Source: Escherichia phage UE-S5b. From it: 64,000 nt of DNA. Where the stretch lies: sequence record PP301341.1; one strand, 5' to 3'. Below, piece by piece: positions 58,013-64,000 of this stretch. Within the stretch, counting starts at the first letter, position 1; each line of letters starts with the position of its first letter. A program made the position numbers and the translations under genes. The notes under the pieces were generated by a model. It searched no databases. It was not told where the DNA came from and saw only the letters and a list, made by a program, of their open reading frames with translations.

Positions 58013-58823
58013 CGTTTACTAACTCCTTATCAGCGAACTCCAGTACAGCTTTGTTGTAGCTGGTTCCCTGATAGTTGATGTGATAGCCCTGAGCGTAAGT
58101 ACGCCCACGTTTGTCATATTTGTGACCCAGTGAGAAGTTATTACCTTCTTTGGTCACTAACTCCATTACTTCCTTAGCAGTACGGCTGTACTTCTCAAAG
58201 GCTTTAACACGTTTCTCATATTCCTGACGGGTTTCACCCTCTTTGGGNTTATCCATATTAGGACGAGAGTCTTTTACATAGTTAGCAACGTCCCAGTTNA
58301 TNCTTAGACGNTGATTATTCATACGGTTGATGTGATCAAGACAGACATCCATCTCATGATGGTTCTTCTTGAGGATGATACTTCCCCTGCTCTCGTAGTA
58401 ACCTGTATCACGGTTACACAGAACAGGCTTAGGAGCACTTACGATAGGTAATGGATACTGGAATGCTTCCAGTTCCATCTGAACATCTTCACTAATCTCG
58501 TAGATAACACCGAACTTGTCGATGGTAGGGTCATAGTTGAAGCAGTCATTCTCTGCCATCTTATACAGACAGTCAGCGATGTACTGAGCATCATCTGAAT
58601 GGCTCATAAGAGAGCCAATCATAGTCTGAAGGTCAGCACGTTTATGTAGGGCAATCTGCACCATTGCATCAATGAGCAGCTTATAATCAATTTCCAAATA
58701 GGCAGCGAATGCCTTAAAGTCAATTTCTTCGGAGTCCTCAAATTCCTTCCTCATGCGAGGGAGTAATTGATTTTTGTTGAAAAGAATTTCGAGTTGCTTC
58801 TGATGTTCAATGGATGAGTACAT
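58005..58823 (-). CDS. RNA polymerase II small subunit, T7-like RNAP N-terminal half (N4 gp15-like)
   Basis: 272 aa, immediately upstream of the catalytic subunit; AGGAGA Shine-Dalgarno; size matches N4 gp15; contains several N. Confidence 0.6.
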   Translation of the reverse strand: MYSSIEHQKQLEILFNKNQLLPRMRKEFEDSEEIDFKAFAAYLEIDYKLLIDAMVQIALHKRADLQTMIGSLMSHSDDAQYIADCLYKMAENDCFNYDPTIDKFGVIYEISEDVQMELEAFQYPLPIVSAPKPVLCNRDTGYYESRGSIILKKNHHEMDVCLDHINRMNNXRLXXNWDVANYVKDSRPNMDXPKEGETRQEYEKRVKAFEKYSRTAKEVMELVTKEGNNFSLGHKYDKRGRTYAQGYHINYQGTSYNKAVLEFADKELVNDE

Positions 58824-58854
58824 CGCTTATTCTCCTAAATGTGATTAATAACCA

Positions 58855-58869
58855 AAAGCTGCGGAGCAG
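58855..58869 (-). promoter_or_regulatory. vRNAP-type early promoter hairpin (N4 P-like)
   Basis: Template (+) strand CCAAAAG-AGCTGC-GGA-GCAGCT: 6 bp stem, 3 nt GGA loop, 32 nt upstream of the RNAP II small-subunit start. Confidence 0.6.
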
Positions 58870-58876
58870 CTATTAC

Positions 58877-59137
58877 CTAACGTTTAGTCCAAAAGGTAAT
58901 ACGAATACTGTTCTCTTGACCAAGGTAGTCAATACGTACATATAAACCATTACCACTAAACTCGTTATTTTTCTTCTGGTAAGGCCATACCAGACTACGC
59001 ATAGGTATTTTAATTAAACCAGATATGTGACCTAGTTTAGTACGATCCTTTAGTTCGTTTTGTAATGCACAATAGATATCATGCCGTGTAAGTGCTCTGG
59101 CTCTGACTTGAGCAGTCCACAGTTCTTCATAAGTCAT
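58877..59137 (-). CDS. hypothetical small early protein
   Basis: 86 aa ORF. Confidence 0.4.
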   Translation of the reverse strand: MTYEELWTAQVRARALTRHDIYCALQNELKDRTKLGHISGLIKIPMRSLVWPYQKKNNEFSGNGLYVRIDYLGQENSIRITFWTKR

Positions 59138-59139
59138 TA

Positions 59140-59490
59140 TTAACTCCAGTAGTTGTAAGCATCGCCTAAGTGTTTACGCCATGCTTCGGGTAACAGTACA
59201 TTTCCGGTTACATTAATGAACTGGTATGGGTCCAGGTAGTCATTACTCATGACTTTGAAATCCCATTGTGGATTGGCAGATGCATAAGCAATAAAGCCCT
59301 CAATGAAGCCATAGATAGCACCCTCTTTGATACGGTTACCATTGCCATCTCTTACTGGAATAGCAAAGCTATTACCATAATGACCATAGGCCATACCCCA
59401 ACGAGCACCATGCTTCTTATAAGCTAACTTGGCAGAAGCATTGGTATGTTGTCCTAGTGTATTGGTAGTGAATACGAATATTTCTTTCAT
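59140..59490 (-). CDS. hypothetical early protein (possible Rossmann-like nucleotide-binding fold)
   Basis: 116 aa ORF; domain guess is weak. Confidence 0.4.
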   Translation of the reverse strand: MKEIFVFTTNTLGQHTNASAKLAYKKHGARWGMAYGHYGNSFAIPVRDGNGNRIKEGAIYGFIEGFIAYASANPQWDFKVMSNDYLDPYQFINVTGNVLLPEAWRKHLGDAYNYWS

Positions 59491-59493
59491 TAG

Positions 59494-59874
59494 TTACCCC
59501 TTTGGATTCTCCACAAAGTAGTTATACATAGCTTTTACTAGCTTCTCTTTAATAACCTCACCATGACATGGTTTCGGATAACAGAAGCACTGTAAGGCCA
59601 ACCCTTTCTCATCAATGGCTTTATTACCAAGACGATTAAGTTCATCCAATACAGCTTGATTCTTCCTCATGATTTGTTCATTAAGCCATACTCGATATTT
59701 GGTTATAACCTGTTCTCTTGAACCGTCTTTACCAATAACGAATGGATTTCCTAATGGTGAACCACGTCCGATATACTCACCGGATTTACCGTGATGTTTA
59801 TTAACAATGATAATTGGACGTGCAGCTACACCCAGCAAAGCATTGGTGTCGTCCCCTAATGTAATAGTCTTCAT
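59494..59874 (-). CDS. DUF4326-like protein
   Basis: RGSPLGNPF and C-terminal CFCYPKPCHGEV motif resembling the DUF4326 pattern. Confidence 0.5.
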   Translation of the reverse strand: MKTITLGDDTNALLGVAARPIIIVNKHHGKSGEYIGRGSPLGNPFVIGKDGSREQVITKYRVWLNEQIMRKNQAVLDELNRLGNKAIDEKGLALQCFCYPKPCHGEVIKEKLVKAMYNYFVENPKG

Positions 59875-60113
59875 GGTTTTAATGCCTCAATAGATGTACT
59901 TACTTTACATACAGTAGTTCCTTCTAATGCGTCTATTTTGTAAGCTAACCCTCTTGTTAACATTACCCCGTTCATTACTTTATTAACCTCTTCTAGGTTA
60001 GGTACAGAAAATGCTTCATTTAATACGGGAGTTGTATGCCAATCTATATAATCATCCGGCATAGCTATAAAATCATCCCCCTTTTTGAATACATAATATT
60101 CTTCATAAATCAT
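59871..60113 (-). CDS. hypothetical small early protein
   Basis: 80 aa ORF. Confidence 0.4.
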   Translation of the reverse strand: MIYEEYYVFKKGDDFIAMPDDYIDWHTTPVLNEAFSVPNLEEVNKVMNGVMLTRGLAYKIDALEGTTVCKVSTSIEALKP

Positions 60114-60424
60114 GGCTTAAGTACCTGGAATGCGAACACAGGACGTTTACTACGCCACTGGTTCATAGCTAGTTCACTAGTTTCAGAACCATCATGTAAG
60201 TTATAAATGAATGAGATTACATAGTCTGGTTCTTCCGGGAAGTTCTCTGTAGAGAATGGTAGACCTGATTCTTTAAGGATAGGAACCAGTGGAGATTCAG
60301 CATTGCAGTAGAGGGTAAATTCTTCATTGAATGCCTGGCTTGTTTGAGATACATAATCAATATTACGCATCATTTTATCTACATCTGTAAATGTAGAATC
60401 ATGAACTACTAGAATAGTTTTCAT
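60110..60424 (-). CDS. hypothetical early protein
   Basis: 104 aa ORF. Confidence 0.4.
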   Translation of the reverse strand: MKTILVVHDSTFTDVDKMMRNIDYVSQTSQAFNEEFTLYCNAESPLVPILKESGLPFSTENFPEEPDYVISFIYNLHDGSETSELAMNQWRSKRPVFAFQVLKP

Positions 60425-60675
60425 ACCTTTCTCAATGTCCCATAGATGTTATTATCGACAATACTCAAATCACAAAAACCAATTTCTTCTTGTCTCCCAG
60501 AGGATACCCAGATATTGTTTTCTGTTAGCTTAGGCTTCTTAGAGAATCCTATTAATGAGGTATTAGCACTTTTATATTGACGTGGTAATAAAGCTATATA
60601 CTTAACCCAGTGAGGTACTTGAATGGTGTGCTTCATATATTCCACAGTCTTGCCTGTAGGATATGTAATAATCAT
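60421..60675 (-). CDS. hypothetical small early protein
   Basis: 84 aa ORF. Confidence 0.4.
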   Translation of the reverse strand: MIITYPTGKTVEYMKHTIQVPHWVKYIALLPRQYKSANTSLIGFSKKPKLTENNIWVSSGRQEEIGFCDLSIVDNNIYGTLRKV

Positions 60676-61032
60676 TTAGTACCTCACAACGTATACGGGT
60701 TTATTAAGCCTATACATGATATCAATCATGTGCTTGGTTCCTTTGGAATTACCATCCCAGAAACATACAGCAGCATCTGCAAATTCACCCATTTCCAGGT
60801 TACGTTTATAACCAGCACATTTACCATGTTTATCCCAGTTTGCTGGGAAATTATGAATAGGCATTTTGTTATTAGCCCATAGACTATATGCAAGCATATC
60901 TGCTCCACGAGCCATACCACATACTAATTCCGGACATTCAGGTATATTCCCTGAATTTACTAACTTCTGTAATTCCTCAATCATAAGATTGGTATTTACG
61001 AAGTCTCTTCCACCAGCTACGATTAGTCTCAT
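60676..61032 (-). CDS. SLOG/DUF2493-like Rossmann-fold protein (predicted nucleotide-binding)
   Basis: IVAGGRDF and VCGMARGAD glycine-rich motifs; 118 aa. Confidence 0.45.
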   Translation of the reverse strand: MRLIVAGGRDFVNTNLMIEELQKLVNSGNIPECPELVCGMARGADMLAYSLWANNKMPIHNFPANWDKHGKCAGYKRNLEMGEFADAAVCFWDGNSKGTKHMIDIMYRLNKPVYVVRY

Positions 61033-61250
61033 TTCTGATACCCCTGTATATAGTTAATACGGCGAATACGTTGAGTAGATGCCTTAACAGCCATCTGTTG
61101 ATTTTCTTCTTTACGCTGGTTTTCCAACAGCTTATCCCATTCTTTCTGGTTCCGTTGTTTCTGTAATATACGACTACAACGCTTATGATTAGCAACTCCT
61201 TTACGTTTGTTACATACAGGGCAAACACCATAATCAGTTGAGTACATCAT
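61029..61250 (-). CDS. small basic protein with CxxC zinc-ribbon-like motif
   Basis: 73 aa; GVCPVCNKRKG. Confidence 0.4.
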   Translation of the reverse strand: MMYSTDYGVCPVCNKRKGVANHKRCSRILQKQRNQKEWDKLLENQRKEENQQMAVKASTQRIRRINYIQGYQK

Positions 61251-61251
61251 T

Positions 61252-61497
61252 TTAGTTGAATCCGTAATAGTTAAAGTAAGGAGCCTTTCTGTCTTCAGTT
61301 GATTTGATAATCACTGATTCATCTAGAAAATACATCTCATTATTAATACGTACTTCTCTGTAAGATAACTTACCAAAGTTACGTATATATACCTTTCTAA
61401 CATATACCTTACGGGTATGCTTTAGCATGAACCAGGCATACCCTTTGGGATTTACTAATATTGTTTTATCTACGATGACATCACTAAGATTGTTCAC
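61252..61497 (-). CDS. hypothetical small early protein
   Basis: 81 aa ORF. Confidence 0.4.
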   Translation of the reverse strand: MNNLSDVIVDKTILVNPKGYAWFMLKHTRKVYVRKVYIRNFGKLSYREVRINNEMYFLDESVIIKSTEDRKAPYFNYYGFN

Positions 61498-61798
61498 CGA
61501 GTGCCTCCATCAGTATTTTACGAATAACGTTAACATCAGATTCAGTACCAATTAAACCAACAGGTTTACCTGTACTATCAGTTACAAAGCCAGCAATCCT
61601 TTCCATCTCTGCTGTAATTAACTTGTCACCATTAATAAGACGATTACGAAGGTAAGCTTCATAAGCTACCTCTATATCTTCTACTGTGGTTCTTTCATTA
61701 CGAGCAAATGGATTACTTAATGGGAATGGTAAATGTACCCGTATATTCCTGTCAGCTACTTTAGCTTGGTGAGGAAGTATACATACTATTTCATTCAA
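61484..61798 (-). CDS. hypothetical early protein
   Basis: 104 aa ORF. Confidence 0.4.
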   Translation of the reverse strand: MNEIVCILPHQAKVADRNIRVHLPFPLSNPFARNERTTVEDIEVAYEAYLRNRLINGDKLITAEMERIAGFVTDSTGKPVGLIGTESDVNVIRKILMEALGEQS

Positions 61799-62169
61799 GA
61801 TTATTTCTCCTATTTAAATACATATCTAACTATTCAAAAATAAAAAATAGGAGCCTCCTATTGGAGGACTCCTTACTATTTGATACATGGATGATTGTAA
61901 GTAACAATCTTACGTACTGGTTCAGATGTCTGTTGCTTAGCAGCCAGACGTTCCTTCATCTTCTGTACGTCAGCTTTGGTTCCCATGATTAATGACTTAC
62001 GCATGTTTGGTACTCCACATAAAGTTAAAAGGCTTGTTGTTGTTACGTACAATTCTTACAACCATTTGATAGCCATTGAGTTGTACAACACCATAGTGTC
62101 GTTTCTGTACACCAGTGTGATATCTACGAAAGATACATTCTTCAATGGCATCCTCAATGTTAGTGAATA

Positions 62170-62388
62170 TCACTGGTTCCTCTTTGCAAACTCTTCTGCT
62201 TCTTTAGCCCAGAGTTGCTTACGTACCTCTTTAGCTATGATGGAAGCAAACAGACACTTAACGAATACAACTGGTAACTTACAAATAAGTACCAGCTTAG
62301 TTCTTACCCACTTGGCTCCATTGAGAATGTAACCACGTAGGCGATACAGCACATAACAGAGTATTACAAACGCAATGAAGTCCAACAT
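62170..62388 (-). CDS. small membrane protein
   Basis: 72 aa; N-terminal hydrophobic helix FIAFVILCYVLYRL. Confidence 0.4.
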   Translation of the reverse strand: MLDFIAFVILCYVLYRLRGYILNGAKWVRTKLVLICKLPVVFVKCLFASIIAKEVRKQLWAKEAEEFAKRNQ

Positions 62389-62392
62389 AGTC

Positions 62393-62578
62393 TTACACCT
62401 TATGAAGTTTACGGATTTGTTTACGAGTAGGTTTAGCTACAAAGAAGTGGTCATAATGCTGACCATTCTTATCTTCTACAGATACCTGCCAACGAGCATT
62501 AAGAGACATCTTACTACCCCAAGGTTGTAACATAACAATCAACTTTTGTGAGTTATAACGGTTACATACTGTACGCAT
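62393..62578 (-). CDS. hypothetical small early protein
   Basis: 61 aa ORF. Confidence 0.35.
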   Translation of the reverse strand: MRTVCNRYNSQKLIVMLQPWGSKMSLNARWQVSVEDKNGQHYDHFFVAKPTRKQIRKLHKV

Positions 62579-62682
62579 AATGGTTACTCCTTCATCTAAT
62601 ATAAATCTATATCTATCTGGTTACTGTTTCAGTACCCTTCGTCTAAAGATACTCAAAAAGTAGAAATAGATTATCGTCTAGT

Positions 62683-62711
62683 TAAAAATAAAAGACTCCC
62701 CGAAGGGAGTC
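62683..62711 (-). terminator. rho-independent terminator
   Basis: GACTCCC-CGAA-GGGAGTC preceded on + by an A-run (U-run on -). Confidence 0.55.
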
Positions 62712-62721
62712 TAGTGGTTGA

Positions 62722-63106
62722 TTAGAAAGTCAGTTTACGAGCATATTTATTCTCGTCTGCTGGGATGTCAGCAGCCTCTGCTTTCACACGACGAAGTTGA
62801 ACTTGCAGGTTAATGATACCTTCTTCACCTGGTTCCAGGTTCTGAGCATATTCAATTAACTGTTCCAACAGGTCGTTCTGTGCACAACGCATAGCACGGA
62901 AGTCAGCATTGCTGCTATTAGTAGGCAGCGGCTCCTGAGTATCCAAAGGAATACCAGTAGGCAATGAGATGAATTTCTCATCATCAGAGCCTTCATTAGC
63001 TACATAACCAATGTTCAGCCAGAACTGAGCTTTAGGCTTATCAGTTTTAGCAGTAGAAGTAGCAGCAGCGTTAGATTGACCGAAAGTGAATTTTTGAATA
63101 GACATT
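62722..63106 (-). CDS. hypothetical early protein
   Basis: ATG at 63106 preceded by GGAGAG; track start at 63204 would give a weak 33 aa extension. Confidence 0.45.
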
Positions 63107-63217
63107 TTGTACTCTCCAGATAAATGATTGTTTGATTTATGGGTTTGTCCGTCGGTGACTAAACCCAAGAAAAGACTTAAGATTTCAATGATTAGTGGAT
63201 GCATTTAAATCATCCAT

Positions 63218-63234
63218 AAGACGCGGAGCGTCTT
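63218..63234 (-). promoter_or_regulatory. vRNAP-type early promoter hairpin (N4 P-like)
   Basis: Template (+) strand CCATAAG-ACGC-GGA-GCGTCTT: 7 bp stem, 3 nt GGA loop, upstream of gene 62722-63106. Confidence 0.6.
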
Positions 63235-63238
63235 GGTT

Positions 63239-63442
63239 TTAACTGTTATTAGGTCGGTGCTGTTTGATAGCTTTAAGCAAGGCTATCATGTCATCAATTT
63301 CTTTCTCGTTAAGTTTCCATAATATGGAATCCCCATCAGGGTAACCTTTAGCGGAACCATGATTCACGAGAACTACCCCGTCTACAATTGCTCCAAATAG
63401 TTTTCCTCTTTGGATAGCAATCTTCTCTATGTTAAATGCCAT
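63239..63442 (-). CDS. hypothetical small early protein
   Basis: 67 aa ORF. Confidence 0.4.
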   Translation of the reverse strand: MAFNIEKIAIQRGKLFGAIVDGVVLVNHGSAKGYPDGDSILWKLNEKEIDDMIALLKAIKQHRPNNS

Positions 63443-63534
63443 AAATAGGATTCTCTTAAAGTAGAATAACTATCTACTTTTGACTATCTATCTAATGTTC
63501 AAAACAGGAGACTCCGAAGAGCCTCCTAGGTGAC

Positions 63535-63858
63535 TTAGTTTTTAGTCAGGATGTCAATTACTTTTGAATATTCTGCGTTATAGATACGAGCGTTTTCTTT
63601 ATCCTTACAGAATTCTTCAATACTTTTCTTACGCAGAGTCTCAGTCATAGCTGTCTCCTCTGCCAGTTTATTAACAAAGGTATGCATTTCTAATTTAGTA
63701 CGGATGGCTTGTTTCTCTGCCATAGTACTTACATATGAATTAAGCATACCTACTGCTTTAGTTGCTGTACCGAATGTATCTGCAACAGTAGTAGCAGCTG
63801 AGTTAACAGTACCAAGTAAAGTTCCTGCGGTCATACGTACAGTAGCTTGAGTAGTCAT
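63535..63858 (-). CDS. hypothetical early protein
   Basis: 107 aa ORF; no clear Shine-Dalgarno. Confidence 0.4.
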   Translation of the reverse strand: MTTQATVRMTAGTLLGTVNSAATTVADTFGTATKAVGMLNSYVSTMAEKQAIRTKLEMHTFVNKLAEETAMTETLRKKSIEEFCKDKENARIYNAEYSKVIDILTKN

Positions 63859-63900
63859 GATGATAGCTCCAATAGTTGATGATAGGACGACATGTCCATA

Positions 63901-63915
63901 ACATGCGGAGCATGT
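63901..63915 (-). promoter_or_regulatory. vRNAP-type early promoter hairpin (N4 P-like)
   Basis: Template (+) strand CCATAAC-ATGC-GGA-GCATGT: 6 bp stem, 3 nt GGA loop, 43 nt upstream of gene 63535-63858. Confidence 0.55.
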
Positions 63916-64000
63916 GTAACGTGTAAGGTGGGGTAGGGTAGTGGCTACACCGTCAACATACCGGGGGGGNTNGTTGAGTGTAAGGGTGTAGCCCCAGCCA

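Noticed and set aside
61976-62332. 118 aa + strand ORF in the early region
   Set aside because: Antisense to early genes transcribed leftward; no Shine-Dalgarno and implausible composition.
1-64000. CRISPR array, integrase or other lysogeny functions, terminase
   Set aside because: No regularly spaced direct repeats, no tyrosine/serine recombinase-like ORF and no terminase-like ATPase were seen in the window; the terminase presumably lies beyond the left edge.

Overview
This 64 kb window is most of a lytic N4-like podophage genome (Schitoviridae-type layout); all calls below come from reading the sequence and ORF translations by eye, with no searches run. The + strand (1-27133) carries the late module: a 5'-truncated tail fibre, a lysis cassette (candidate holin, SAR-type GH108 endolysin, i-spanin with embedded o-spanin), portal, major capsid, five virion proteins and a 3456-aa virion RNA polymerase (vRNAP). 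The - strand (27171-63858) converges on it and carries, in transcription order from the right end: small early genes preceded by three conserved GC-stem/GGA-loop hairpins that match N4 vRNAP promoter architecture, a split T7-like RNAP II, a capsid decoration gene, an AAA+/VWA pair interrupted by an HNH-AP2 endonuclease, nucleotide metabolism genes (dCTP deaminase, ThyX), rIIA/rIIB, helicase, family A DNA polymerase, nuclease, primase, ATPase, SSB, resolvase, a tRNA/tRNA-like array, a gp49-like gene and a terminator-insulated DUF2829 (Tad2-like) gene. The most interesting candidates are the hairpin promoters, the insulated DUF2829 gene, the tRNA-like array with non-canonical members, and a repeat-rich non-coding region at 29650-30290. 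No terminase, integrase or CRISPR array is present; the terminase presumably lies beyond the left edge. Sequence quality is uneven: there are several N-containing stretches and two perfect tandem duplications with N at the junction that look like assembly artefacts.
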